The position numbers were made by a program, and so were the translations under genes. From assembly GCA_050015395.1 (NCBI GenBank), contig JBEKBM010000013.1, positions 1-64,000 of the forward strand: a stretch of DNA of 64,000 nt. Reading direction: 5' to 3'. Positions 40,238 through 50,099 of this stretch are shown piece by piece; the stretch's first letter is position 1, and the number at the start of each line of letters is the position of its first letter. A model generated the notes under the pieces. It did no database searches, was not told the origin of the DNA, and was given only the letters and a program-made list of their open reading frames with translations. This DNA is from Candidatus Bathyarchaeia archaeon. Lineage in GTDB: Archaea; Thermoproteota; Bathyarchaeia; Bathyarchaeales; Bathycorpusculaceae.

Positions 40238-40633
40238 ATGCCATATTGTCCGAAATGCGGCAATAAAGTTGATGAGACAATGGCTTTCTGCCCAAACTGT
40301 GGGACAGCACTAAAAAGGACAACACCAAGTCAAGCACCACCCGAGAGCGAGGAACAGGAAAAGCAGGAGAAACCTGAGAATCCAGCGAACGTCGAAATTC
40401 AAGAGAAAAACCAATATGGCTTCGTCAACTTTCTAATCGGCGGTTTAATAATGACTGTAGTAGGCGCTTTCGCTATACTATATTTAACTAATCCCGTCTT
40501 TGCCTCAGGTCAAACCTTAGCTATTATGTTAATTATAATTGGCATAATTATCATAATTGGCGCTATTTACGTGACTACTCCAGTGGAAAAATATTTCCGA
40601 CATCTCATTAGCCACCCTAAAAACAGCCTTTGA
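40238..40633 (+). CDS. Zinc-ribbon membrane protein
   Basis: YCPKCG...FCPNCG plus two TMs. Confidence 0.85.
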   Translation: MPYCPKCGNKVDETMAFCPNCGTALKRTTPSQAPPESEEQEKQEKPENPANVEIQEKNQYGFVNFLIGGLIMTVVGAFAILYLTNPVFASGQTLAIMLIIIGIIIIIGAIYVTTPVEKYFRHLISHPKNSL

Positions 40634-40666
40634 CACTCTTCCCGACTAAAGTCGGTAGCTTTCTTG
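40631..40666. mobile_element. Probable IS200/IS605-type end hairpin remnant
   Basis: TGACACTCTTCCCGACTAAAGTCGGTAGCTTTCTTG with a CCGAC-TAAA-GTCGG hairpin. Confidence 0.5.
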
Positions 40667-40952
40667 CTAACGCCTCTTGTAAAGCCTATGCTTTAAAAGC
40701 GTTAAAACATTTTATCTTCCGAACACTAGGGAATATTTTTCCCCGCTGCCTTTATTAAATCACCGATATCATATAGCTTGCCCCATTCACAGCGTTTAAG
40801 TTCACAAGCATTTTCACGCCTTTGCCAGTTGCAACCTCAAAAAAGTTGAAAGCATAGCGCTCGCTAGCTACAATTTTTATGAATTTGCTTATATGCTTCT
40901 CTTTTGAATAAATAAAACAGCCAAAACGTTTGCTATTTAGAGTTGAAAGATT

Positions 40953-41876
40953 ATGACCGAAATAGTTCGCATGACAGCTGAAAAGATAAGAAGACTTGAA
41001 GTTCAAGGTGCAAGAAACGTGGCAATAGCCGCCGTAAAAGCCATCCAAACGTTAGCAGAGCAGACAAAAGCTAAAAACAAAACAGCGTTCTTAAGCGAGC
41101 TCAAAGAAGCGCAAGCCGTGCTTTTTGCGTCAAGAGAAACTGAGCCCTTAATGAGAAATGCCATCCGCTGGATAATTACTCAGACCGAAGACAGCAACAC
41201 CGAAAAGGTTGATGTTCTAAGCGAGATGGTTGCTTCAAATGTAGCTTTATTCTTGCAAAATCTTGAAGCTTCAAGAGAACTAACGGCAGAAATAGCGGCC
41301 AGACGAATCCGTGATGGCATGTTGATTTTTACGCATTGCCACTCGTCAACAGTGACACGTATGATTGCCAAAGCCAAAGCCGACGGCAAAGAATTCAGCG
41401 TAATCTGCACCGAAACCAGACCAGCGTTTCAGGGAAGAATCACCGCTAAGGAAATGGTTGAGCTTGGCGTTCAAACTTTATTTATTGTTGATTCAGCCGC
41501 ACGGTCATATATGGGAGACGTTGACCTTGTAGTTGTGGGAGCAGACGCCATTACCTCAGAGGGCAATGTGGTTAACAAGGTGGGTACTAGCAGCATAGCG
41601 GTGTTAGCTAACGAGGCTAGAAAGCCATTCTATGTTGTTTCGGAACTATTAAAGTTCGACCCAGAAACGGTTAACGGTGCATATGAACGCATTGAGCAGC
41701 GAAACCCAAGCGAAGTCTGGAAGGAAGCGCCCGAGAAACTGTCTGTGCGGAACCCAGCTTTTGACGTTACCCCAAGCCGCTACATTCATGGGTTAATCTG
41801 TGAAGAAGGCGTAATCGCTCCTCAATCAATAGTGGAAGCGGTGTATCGAAGGTACCCGTGGGTTCTCAAACAATAA
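40953..41876 (+). CDS. Ribose-1,5-bisphosphate isomerase (eIF-2B-like)
   Basis: VQGA, THCHSSTV, ETRP, GADAITSEG.VVNKVG and NPAFDVTP; next to RuBisCO and AMP phosphorylase. Confidence 0.9.
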   Translation: MTEIVRMTAEKIRRLEVQGARNVAIAAVKAIQTLAEQTKAKNKTAFLSELKEAQAVLFASRETEPLMRNAIRWIITQTEDSNTEKVDVLSEMVASNVALFLQNLEASRELTAEIAARRIRDGMLIFTHCHSSTVTRMIAKAKADGKEFSVICTETRPAFQGRITAKEMVELGVQTLFIVDSAARSYMGDVDLVVVGADAITSEGNVVNKVGTSSIAVLANEARKPFYVVSELLKFDPETVNGAYERIEQRNPSEVWKEAPEKLSVRNPAFDVTPSRYIHGLICEEGVIAPQSIVEAVYRRYPWVLKQ

Positions 41877-42032
41877 GAAAATAAATCATCGGTGATTAAG
41901 CAATCTACTTAGAGGAAATACATAGCGACCTCGATGGAATTTTGTACAAAAAGTTCGATAAAACTGTAGAAGAGACATACGAGCACTAGTATGAGTTAAA
42001 AAGAAATACTAGTTAATAACTAACAGATTTCT

Positions 42033-42893
42033 ATGCGACTGCTCTTCAAAGAAGCAATACAGACCTGTTTTAACCCACCAGAAGACCGATTAAAGAAGCT
42101 AAACGCATGGGTTGAAAACTCAAACTCAGCAAGAAACCCAGCAAACCCAGACTTAGAAGCTTACTCAAACCAGTACGACAAAGCAGAAGAACTCATCACA
42201 TTCTACACATTCGCACCCTTAGTGTTAAGCTTAAACAGGGTAGGTTTAGTCAACAGAATTCTGTCTTTAGCTAAAGTGAGCGCATATGAAGAAAATGTCG
42301 TAGATGTAGCATTGGAAAGGCAATACAACCCACCTAAAGGCTACTTGAAATGGATAAAAGAAGATGTGAAAAATCATCCTGTAAAATACATTAGAGACCA
42401 AGCGAATGCGCATGAGCCAAATCAGCGTTTAGAATCAAACACTCACGTTGATGCATTCATAGAAACTGACAAGTTGCTTATCTTCTTTGAAATCAAGTTC
42501 ACCTCAGACATCGCATACGACACTACTTTTAACCCTTGTAGAAATCAGTTGGCAAGACTCATCGATGTCGGATTAGAAGTCAATGAACACAATGGCAAAG
42601 AAGTACTAGTTATTCTATCGACTCCACGCAGATTCTTCGATAAGAAAAGCAGACTCTACTACTACAAAATTAAGGAATACACTGACCCAGCAAAGATAAA
42701 GGAAGATATTGAGTGGAGAAGTCTCTCAACTATTAGAGATAACGTCTTAGCTGTAAGGTGGATTGCTCTGGAAGACTTGATTGATGTTTTTTACCAAAAC
42801 TTTAAGCATGAGGATAAGAAAGAAGCCTTAGAGTTCTTCAAAGAGAGAAACCTAATTTCAGACTCATCAAATGTGGCGAAAAAGGTGGCGTAG
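42033..42893 (+). CDS. Putative PD-(D/E)XK nuclease
   Basis: THVDAFIETDKLLIFFEIKF followed by RNQLAR. Confidence 0.7.
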   Translation: MRLLFKEAIQTCFNPPEDRLKKLNAWVENSNSARNPANPDLEAYSNQYDKAEELITFYTFAPLVLSLNRVGLVNRILSLAKVSAYEENVVDVALERQYNPPKGYLKWIKEDVKNHPVKYIRDQANAHEPNQRLESNTHVDAFIETDKLLIFFEIKFTSDIAYDTTFNPCRNQLARLIDVGLEVNEHNGKEVLVILSTPRRFFDKKSRLYYYKIKEYTDPAKIKEDIEWRSLSTIRDNVLAVRWIALEDLIDVFYQNFKHEDKKEALEFFKERNLISDSSNVAKKVA

Positions 42894-42898
42894 GAACA

Positions 42899-43588
42899 AT
42901 GACGACGTTAGACTACAAGAAACTACTTAATGGAGTGAAAACATTTGAAAAAGAGAATCCTTCTAACACTCCTTCAGAACAAATCTACATGAACTCGATA
43001 ACCCCAAATTACATAGATTGGACTAATCTTCAAAATGATAGTGCCAAAAAAGTATTCAAATTTCTAAATGTCTGGGGCTGTCGAATGAAGTGTAAACCCC
43101 AAGATTTGATAGCACGCTATCAAGAAGTCGCTCCTTTGTTCAGTAAACTCTCCAATCTAAAGCTTGAAGATGTGAACCTTGACCAGCTTATCAAATGCAA
43201 TTCCGAGACATTGACATTGCAAAGAAGTATGCACTCAGTTTTCGACTCGTTAAGTAACATAAAGGGGTATGGTCCTGTACCAGCGTCTAAGACACTCCAT
43301 ATAGCGTGTCCTTCTCTGCTAGTAATGTGGGACAACTCTATCTGTTTTGAAGTCTATGAGAAACTCAACATGAAACTCAATGGATACTCTTACGCTTACA
43401 TTTTCATGCCTAGAATGAAGCAAAAACTCGAAGAGGCTATCGATAGCTGTATGAAAGCTAAAGGATTGTCGCGCATAGATGCCATACAATGGTTGCTCTC
43501 AGAAATCGAGAAGACCCATAAAACATCAAGGAGCTTAGCAAAAGCATTAGATGAATACAACTGGTTGAAGGGAAAACATATTCTTTGA
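42899..43588 (+). CDS. Putative HhH-type DNA glycosylase-like protein
   Basis: LSNIKGYGPVPASKTLH hairpin with Lys, followed by VMWDNSI (Asp). Confidence 0.62.
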   Translation: MTTLDYKKLLNGVKTFEKENPSNTPSEQIYMNSITPNYIDWTNLQNDSAKKVFKFLNVWGCRMKCKPQDLIARYQEVAPLFSKLSNLKLEDVNLDQLIKCNSETLTLQRSMHSVFDSLSNIKGYGPVPASKTLHIACPSLLVMWDNSICFEVYEKLNMKLNGYSYAYIFMPRMKQKLEEAIDSCMKAKGLSRIDAIQWLLSEIEKTHKTSRSLAKALDEYNWLKGKHIL

Positions 43589-43662
43589 AATGTGGTTAAA
43601 AAGCGTCTAAAAGCTACTCAGAATGGTTAGAGTATTGAACGAGCGTAGTACTAAGGAGACTT

Positions 43663-44004
43663 TCAATGCTTTCCGTGGCAGTCATTGCAGAGAATTCTGT
43701 TCCTTGTTTTGCCATTAAAATCGATATACATCGCACCTTTGTCTCCCAGATGTGGGTCATGGTGTAAAGCATACTTATTGGCTGGAAGACCCTCTAACTT
43801 TTTCTTGCATTCAGCACATTTGAACTTCTGTTTTTCCATTAAGAACTTCTTGTAGCGGTAGTAGGGTGTCATAGTGTAGAGTAGATTGAGGTTGTCCTCA
43901 CCCATTTTCAGCTTTAACATCACGCCCTTCTTTTCAAATTTCAATTCATCAGTATCTTCGTCATAAGTGATTGCTAGATCGTTAACAGTTGTTCTGGTTT
44001 TCAT
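43663..44004 (-). CDS. HNH endonuclease-like protein
   Basis: CAEC...LHHDPH...NRILCNDCHGKH. Confidence 0.75.
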   Translation of the reverse strand: MKTRTTVNDLAITYDEDTDELKFEKKGVMLKLKMGEDNLNLLYTMTPYYRYKKFLMEKQKFKCAECKKKLEGLPANKYALHHDPHLGDKGAMYIDFNGKTRNRILCNDCHGKH

Positions 44005-44012
44005 TCTCTCAC

Positions 44013-44582
44013 CTATACCTCAACGACAAAGTACTTCAGACGATTGACGATGCCTTTCCATTTGATTGGATATTTACCCTCGAAGCATATCTTCTTATCT
44101 TTGACATCTCCTGTTGTTCCAATAATCACATTTCCGATTAACTTCTCTTTACGAAAGCTTTTGTATATCCCTGACTCACCTTCGTCTGAGTAAAACGGAT
44201 TGTCTTCTGCAAACATTACAAAGTATGACCTGTCGAAACCTGATTGCACTAACTGTTCAAGGAATTTAATATCTTCACATGCTCTAAACATCTGAATTGG
44301 AACTTGACCATTAAGAGGATACTTTAGTTCGATACAATGCTTCTCTTTCATCTCAGGGTCGAAGACCACAATGTCCATTTCTGTCTTCTTGAATGATTCG
44401 TCGTCTTTGTTATCAAGATTGAAGTAGCTTACGTTTCTTTCAAGCTGTATTTTGTAGGAAGTACCTAGCCTTTGTCTGAGAAGGATTGCGAGTTCATACT
44501 GAACACTAGCTTCATTGTAGATTTCAATAGAACCTGAAGCTATCTGCTCAGCGAATTGCTCGATTATAGGTAATAGATTCAT
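44013..44582 (-). CDS. Putative PD-(D/E)XK nuclease
   Basis: NEASVQYEL, QLERNV, EMDIVVF...IELKYP and DIKFLE. Confidence 0.75.
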   Translation of the reverse strand: MNLLPIIEQFAEQIASGSIEIYNEASVQYELAILLRQRLGTSYKIQLERNVSYFNLDNKDDESFKKTEMDIVVFDPEMKEKHCIELKYPLNGQVPIQMFRACEDIKFLEQLVQSGFDRSYFVMFAEDNPFYSDEGESGIYKSFRKEKLIGNVIIGTTGDVKDKKICFEGKYPIKWKGIVNRLKYFVVEV

Positions 44583-44746
44583 GACTTGTATTAGCTTATC
44601 GAATTAGGTATAACACTTTCGAAAAGAAAGAAAGGTCTTTGTGTTCCATCTCAATGAAGACAGTTATTTCTTCAAGTGTTCATCCATTTTTTAAGTAGGG
44701 TTCTAGAACAGTCTCAAGGACATATTTTATAGCTATAGTGAACTAC

Positions 44747-45970
44747 TCAGATTTTCCAGTGCTCCAACGACACTTTCAGTTCCTTATGTGTCTTAGCGTA
44801 CTCTTCCAACGTTAGTCCTTTTAATGTGGCGTCGAGGGCTTGTCTCATTGCTTTTGCGCCTGCTACTGTGCCGTCTGGGTGCCCGTGTATGCCGCCTCCT
44901 GCTTGAAGAACGACATCGTTGCCGAAAGTTTCAAGCAAAGCAGGAACCAATCTCGGGTAAAGTCCACCCGAAGCAACTGGCAAAACAGGCTTTATGTCGC
45001 CAAGCTGGCTTTTGCAGGCGTCGATGTTTTCGAACACTTCAGCTTTGGTTTCGCTCATTTTCCCAACTACGGTGCCGACGTGGAGTTGGTCGACGCCGAT
45101 TACTCTTGCAACTGTTGCTATGGGACGCATGGCTATGCCGTGTTTTGGGTTTTTGGTGAAAGCAGCGTGCCCTGCCCTGTGTGCGTGTATGACGAGTTTG
45201 CTGTTTTGGTTGCGCAGGGTTTGAAGTGCTGACCAGCCAGTGGTTAAGATGTCTACCATGACGTATTCTCCGCCTTGAGCGATGACGGCTTCTGCGCGTT
45301 TTAGCATGGTGTCGGTTTCAGCGGTGATGTTAACCATGTAAACTTTGCATTCACCCGTTTCCTGTTGCGCTTTGTCGCGGCTCTCCAGAGTCTGCGAAAG
45401 GCGGTCTTCGAAGGGGTTGAATTTTTGGCTGCTTAGGTTTTCGTCATCTTTAACGATGTCGCAGCCTCCGCTCCAAGCCTCGTAAGCTACTTTAGCGTGG
45501 TCTTTAGTTTTTAATCCGAGTTTAGGCTTGATTATTGTGCCGACAAGCGGGCGCTCTGGAACTTTTAGGAGGTTGCGAATTCCAGCTATGCCATACATTG
45601 GGCCTTTAAAACTGTTGATTAAACTTGTGGGCATTTGAATGTCTATGAGGCGCAGGTTTTTGAGTGCTTTAAGCCCGAAAACGTTTCCAGCAACGCTGCT
45701 TAGAATGTTAGGCATGTTGGCTGGCTCAAAGAGTTCAATCGGGTAAGCGATTTTCACTACGTTGCCTTCTATGCTAAAAACGTGGGCTGCCAGCCGAGTC
45801 ACGTATGGCTGCTCTGTTGTGAGTTCTGTCCATGTGCCAACAGAGCTTTCCGCGGCAACGCCGCCTGCGGCTTCTTTAAGGCTGATGCCCTCGGGCTCCA
45901 AGTAAAAGGTGCATATTAAATCGGTTTCTTTCGGCTTGTAAGTTGAATTCACAAAGTCAAGGTACTTCAA
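44747..45970 (-). CDS. rbcL: Form III RuBisCO large subunit
   Basis: AAESSVGTWT, GTIIKPKLG, KDDE, HAHRAGH, SGG and GGGIHGHP. Confidence 0.96.
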   Translation of the reverse strand: MKYLDFVNSTYKPKETDLICTFYLEPEGISLKEAAGGVAAESSVGTWTELTTEQPYVTRLAAHVFSIEGNVVKIAYPIELFEPANMPNILSSVAGNVFGLKALKNLRLIDIQMPTSLINSFKGPMYGIAGIRNLLKVPERPLVGTIIKPKLGLKTKDHAKVAYEAWSGGCDIVKDDENLSSQKFNPFEDRLSQTLESRDKAQQETGECKVYMVNITAETDTMLKRAEAVIAQGGEYVMVDILTTGWSALQTLRNQNSKLVIHAHRAGHAAFTKNPKHGIAMRPIATVARVIGVDQLHVGTVVGKMSETKAEVFENIDACKSQLGDIKPVLPVASGGLYPRLVPALLETFGNDVVLQAGGGIHGHPDGTVAGAKAMRQALDATLKGLTLEEYAKTHKELKVSLEHWKI

Positions 45971-46057
45971 AGTGTTCCTCTCAGGTTTAGTGAGAACTGG
46001 TTTTTCCTTAAAATCTTTAACTATTCCTAAATCTAATAATAGTTGACGTGGTCCAAA

Positions 46058-47602
46058 ATGGAGTTAATAGTTGAAGTCTTAAACATCACCACAGGCGGAA
46101 GCAGAATCGCCATTCTTAGTGAAGAAAGCGCCAACCTATTGGACGTGCATAGTTCAGACAGAATAAGAATAACATGTGGCAACCAAGAAATGATTGCTAT
46201 TGCAAATATAGCGGCGAATTTTCCCCAAAACCGCATTGGACTCTACGAGGAAAGTGCTCAAGCACTCGGGGTAAAGGAAGATGAAACTGTCAATGTGCAG
46301 TTGGCTCCGCTTCCTGAATCACTGTTTAACGTTAGGGCTAAACTGCATGGGGAACGTTTGCGAGAGAAAGACATCGTGACCATTGTAAAGGATGTTGTTG
46401 AGAGGCACTTGAGCACGGCTGAAATAGCCGCTTTCTTAACGGCGCTTAGCATTCACGGTTTAAGCATGAGCGAGAATGAGGCACTATCAAGGGCAATGGT
46501 AGCAACGGGAAAAACACTTAGCTTCGGCGAAGGACCAATACTAGATAAGCATAGCGTAGGCGGCATACCAGGCGACAAAACTTCAATGCTGGTCGTGCCA
46601 ATTGTGGCGGCTGCAGGATTCACTATTCCCAAAACGTCTTCGCGGGCGATTACTTCGCCGGCTGGAACCGCAGACCGAGTGGAAACCCTCTGCCCCGTAA
46701 ACCTATCCATCAACGAGATAAAGGAAGTTGTAGCGAAAACCAACGGGTGCTTAGTTTGGGGCGGCTCCTTGGAGCTTGCGCCAGCCGATGACCTTTTCAT
46801 TCAAGTTGAATACCCCTTAGGAATTGACCCTATGCTTTTACCTTCCATTCTTAGCAAGAAAAAAGCCGTCGGAGCCACACACGTCGCCGTCGACATTCCA
46901 ACAGGCATGGGCGCTAAAATAAAGACCAGAACCGAAGCGTACACTTTAGCTTCTGATTTTGTGGATTTGGGGAAACGTTTAGGCTTAAACATTCAATGTG
47001 CTTTAACTTTTGGAGATCAACCTTTAGGCTGCAGCATTGGACCTGCCCTTGAAGCTCGTGAAGCATTAACGACTCTGATGGGCGGTGGCCCGCCTGACTT
47101 GAGAGATAAAGCTGTTAGTCTTGCAGGCATGCTTTTCGAGATGGTCGGAGTTGAAAACGGGTCAGCCAAAGCGGAGGATATGCTTGATTCTGGCAAAGCT
47201 GAAAAGAAGATGCGAGAGATCATTGCTGCTCAAGGTGGAAACCCAGCGGTTAAACCTGACGAGTTACCTGTCGGGGCTGAAATGGCTGAAGTGCGGTCAC
47301 AACACACTGGCAAAGTCATATGGCTCAGTACAGAGGACATTGTGAGGATTGCACGTGAAGCTGGAGCACCCAAAGAGAAGGGCGCCGGCATTGTGCTATA
47401 TGCAAAACTTGGTGAAACTGTTCATAAAGACAGCGTCTTGTTTGAAGTGTATGCTGAGCGAAGCAGTAAGTTGGCTTCGGCGCTGGAGCTTGCTGGGCAA
47501 TTGTCGCCTGTTGTGTTAACTAAGAAGCCTGCGGAAAAGATGATTTTGGATCAGGTGCCTGAGAAGCTTTCGCACGAGAAATCGTTCATGCTAGACCGAT
47601 AG
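46058..47602 (+). CDS. AMP phosphorylase
   Basis: N-terminal extension; DKHSVGGIPGDK, KTSSRAITSPAGTAD and QPLG.SIGPALE. Confidence 0.93.
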   Translation: MELIVEVLNITTGGSRIAILSEESANLLDVHSSDRIRITCGNQEMIAIANIAANFPQNRIGLYEESAQALGVKEDETVNVQLAPLPESLFNVRAKLHGERLREKDIVTIVKDVVERHLSTAEIAAFLTALSIHGLSMSENEALSRAMVATGKTLSFGEGPILDKHSVGGIPGDKTSMLVVPIVAAAGFTIPKTSSRAITSPAGTADRVETLCPVNLSINEIKEVVAKTNGCLVWGGSLELAPADDLFIQVEYPLGIDPMLLPSILSKKKAVGATHVAVDIPTGMGAKIKTRTEAYTLASDFVDLGKRLGLNIQCALTFGDQPLGCSIGPALEAREALTTLMGGGPPDLRDKAVSLAGMLFEMVGVENGSAKAEDMLDSGKAEKKMREIIAAQGGNPAVKPDELPVGAEMAEVRSQHTGKVIWLSTEDIVRIAREAGAPKEKGAGIVLYAKLGETVHKDSVLFEVYAERSSKLASALELAGQLSPVVLTKKPAEKMILDQVPEKLSHEKSFMLDR

Positions 47603-47646
47603 AAAACCATAAAAGTACCCCAAAACAACCCCAGATTTTACTGCTC

Positions 47647-47705
47647 CAGTGACGTATAACCATGAACATGCGTGACTAGTAACCATGTAGATGCGTGACG
47701 CGTAA
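47647..47705 (+). repeat. Dispersed 23-bp-periodic element, copy 1
   Basis: GTGAC at 47649, 47672 and 47695; 50/59 identical to the inverted copy at 57015-57073. Confidence 0.9.
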
Positions 47706-47876
47706 AACAAACCCAAAACAAGCCCTATTCAACAAAAGCAACCATAAACAAACGCTAAAGACACAAAAAAAATTAATTAACCTTACACAACCAACCATTT
47801 CCTAACCCCTCAAAAGCCCTTGTCCGTTGTACCTATCCTACGCCACCTTTATTTCAAAATAAAAAGAAAAATGTTT

Positions 47877-48241
47877 TTACCGTGTGATTGCTCCGCCTAT
47901 CAAACCGCCGACAGCTGCAATTATACCTGCAAATATCGCTAGGATTATCGCTACTACGCCTATTGCTAAACCATGTAAGCCGCCAAATAATGCGCCTGAA
48001 AGTCCACCGGTGAGTCCTCCAGTGATTGCGAGCTTTAAGAAGGCTAGGATTGCTATTATGATGCCGCCGAATATGCCTGCGAGAAAACCAGCGATTAATC
48101 CTTTGCCAACGCCTCGAGCTACGAGTCCAGCGATAAGCCGCCGATGAACCCGCCTACCAGGTGACCGACTCCGGGAAAAAGAAAAGCAATAACCACCGTT
48201 ACCAAGAATCCTACGAAGGCTCCTAACCACATGCTTCCCAA
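47877..48241 (-). pseudogene. Gly-rich membrane protein (DUF5518-like) with a frameshift near 48136
   Basis: MGSMWLGAFVGFLVTVVIAFLFPGVGHLVGGFIGG continues in another frame as LIAGLVARGVGKGLIAGFLAG. Confidence 0.7.
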
Positions 48242-48491
48242 ATTTATCAGCACCATACGAGTTAATGCTAGCCTGAATGCCTATAAGTTTTAGCTAAAGA
48301 ATATACTATGGCTGTTTAGATAATGCTTTGTTGTTCTATAGCGCGGCATTATAACACAATGATGGCTTATGTTAGTGACTCACAACATTTTTTTAATCCC
48401 CTAACATACGTTAATTTTAAATGAGTGTTATTGTTAGTATTCCTTAAAAAATTGAAAAAGGGCAGTAACGGTAGAGTTTCTGGGATTAACC

Positions 48492-49172
48492 ATGGGTTGT
48501 TCCATATTTGTATACTTGAAAAAAATATTCAGTTTATCATTAATCCTAAATTCTTTTATAACTCTAGCTGCCATTGTTGGAATCCTGTATGGTTTTTACC
48601 ATGCTTGGCCCTGGTGGAAGCCTTACACGCCATACCTAATTAGCGGCAACCTCTTTTTAATGGCGGCAATAGCTGCACTCATTAATATTTTCCCCAGCGC
48701 ATGCATAGGACGAACCCTACACACTGGACGATTCTTGTTTCACCATTACGTTTACGGCTTTTTTGTTTTAATATTCTCTGCCATCTACGTAGTGGCATTT
48801 ACATCCGTTTCTTTAGTAACTCTTTTTCTGGTGAACACTGGAAACATAGCGGTTAACGCTGGGCGATTTTTTGTCTTAACTGGGTTAACCTTATTCTTAG
48901 ACGATCTTCCAGACGTTTCAAAAAGAGTTAAGTCTACTTTAAACAAGTTAAAGTCGCAAGCTTATCGGGTAAGAAAAGCCTTCCATGTGCTCCAGTTGAT
49001 TACGGGTGTCGTTACGCTCTACATTTTTCTTGCCATTTTACTCTTTTCAATTGATCATTTAGAAGTAAACATTGCCAACTTTCTCACTATGGGCACTTTG
49101 ATAGTAACTAGCTTCACTTCTTTTGCTTGCGTAAAAAGAAAGTCATGGCTCAAAATCACACTTTCAAAATGA
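48492..49172 (+). CDS. Hypothetical membrane protein
   Basis: Multi-TM ORF with FHHYVYG and LDDLPD. Confidence 0.78.
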   Translation: MGCSIFVYLKKIFSLSLILNSFITLAAIVGILYGFYHAWPWWKPYTPYLISGNLFLMAAIAALINIFPSACIGRTLHTGRFLFHHYVYGFFVLIFSAIYVVAFTSVSLVTLFLVNTGNIAVNAGRFFVLTGLTLFLDDLPDVSKRVKSTLNKLKSQAYRVRKAFHVLQLITGVVTLYIFLAILLFSIDHLEVNIANFLTMGTLIVTSFTSFACVKRKSWLKITLSK

Positions 49173-49179
49173 GCCAACA

Positions 49180-49896
49180 TTAGCTTTTTTGTCTAAGGAT
49201 CTCTTTTCCCATAGCTTCAATTTGCTGACGGGAGAAGTTGTTTGGGCTTCTGTGCGTGGATATGTGGCTGGGCAGTTGAGGAAGTTTAAGGATTAAAACG
49301 GTGGGATCGTTTAAGTGGAGAGCTGCATGGTTGTTTGTAAAAACTACGATGCCTTCAACCCAAACACCTAGCGACCTAAAAGCCTGCGAAGAATCGATTA
49401 TGCGTTTTATTTTGGCGGCATTCCTTTTGACTTGCCGACTTGGGCTGCCCTTAAAGTTACGCTTTCCACCTCTTTGCCAAATATCACCATTGCAGGTTAT
49501 GTCGCCGCTCCAGTTCTTGGCCTCCAAAACAAAGATGCCACTGGGCGCAAGAACGACATGGTCTATGTCGCCGCCGCCGTTATGCAGGTATAGGTCGTTT
49601 ATGAGGAAATAGTCATCGCTAAGCTTGCTGCTTAGAAGTTTCGCTACCTGTTTTTCGCCTGCCCAACCAGCATTGTAAATTCGGTACTTGCGCAGGTAAA
49701 AGTAAAACGCGGCTAACGGCACCAGCGAAACCAACAGTCCAGCCTCCTCAAAAATGCTCAAGCTCAGAGTGAAGAGCAATCTTAAGCTTAAAGCGAAAAA
49801 GATTAAGAAAAATAAGGCTATGCAGAGAAGCGCTTTTGCCAGGTTTTTTCTGACTTGGTTCTTCAGGTAGCTGCTTGACCCTTTCATCTTTCTCAT
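49180..49896 (-). CDS. NERD-domain protein with N-terminal TMs
   Basis: GWAGE, DIDHVVLAPSGIFVLEAKNW and SPSRQ. Confidence 0.88.
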   Translation of the reverse strand: MRKMKGSSSYLKNQVRKNLAKALLCIALFFLIFFALSLRLLFTLSLSIFEEAGLLVSLVPLAAFYFYLRKYRIYNAGWAGEKQVAKLLSSKLSDDYFLINDLYLHNGGGDIDHVVLAPSGIFVLEAKNWSGDITCNGDIWQRGGKRNFKGSPSRQVKRNAAKIKRIIDSSQAFRSLGVWVEGIVVFTNNHAALHLNDPTVLILKLPQLPSHISTHRSPNNFSRQQIEAMGKEILRQKS

Positions 49897-50099
49897 GCAT
49901 TAACCGCTCTAGGCAGGTTTCATTCGTTTTGAAGCTATATTACTCTATGGCAAAGTAACTCATAATTATCTAGAATATTCAAGCACAAATTTCAGCCTAT
50001 TCCGCACTTTCGGGCATTTGCAGATTAAAAAACAAAAAGAATTGATTCTTTAAATAAAGGGAGTAAAGTCTCAAAGAGACTAAACCTGCTTCAGCAAAG

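Noticed and set aside
47647-47705. Mini CRISPR array
   Set aside because: The 23-bp period is too short, the linkers are similar to each other and there are no cas genes
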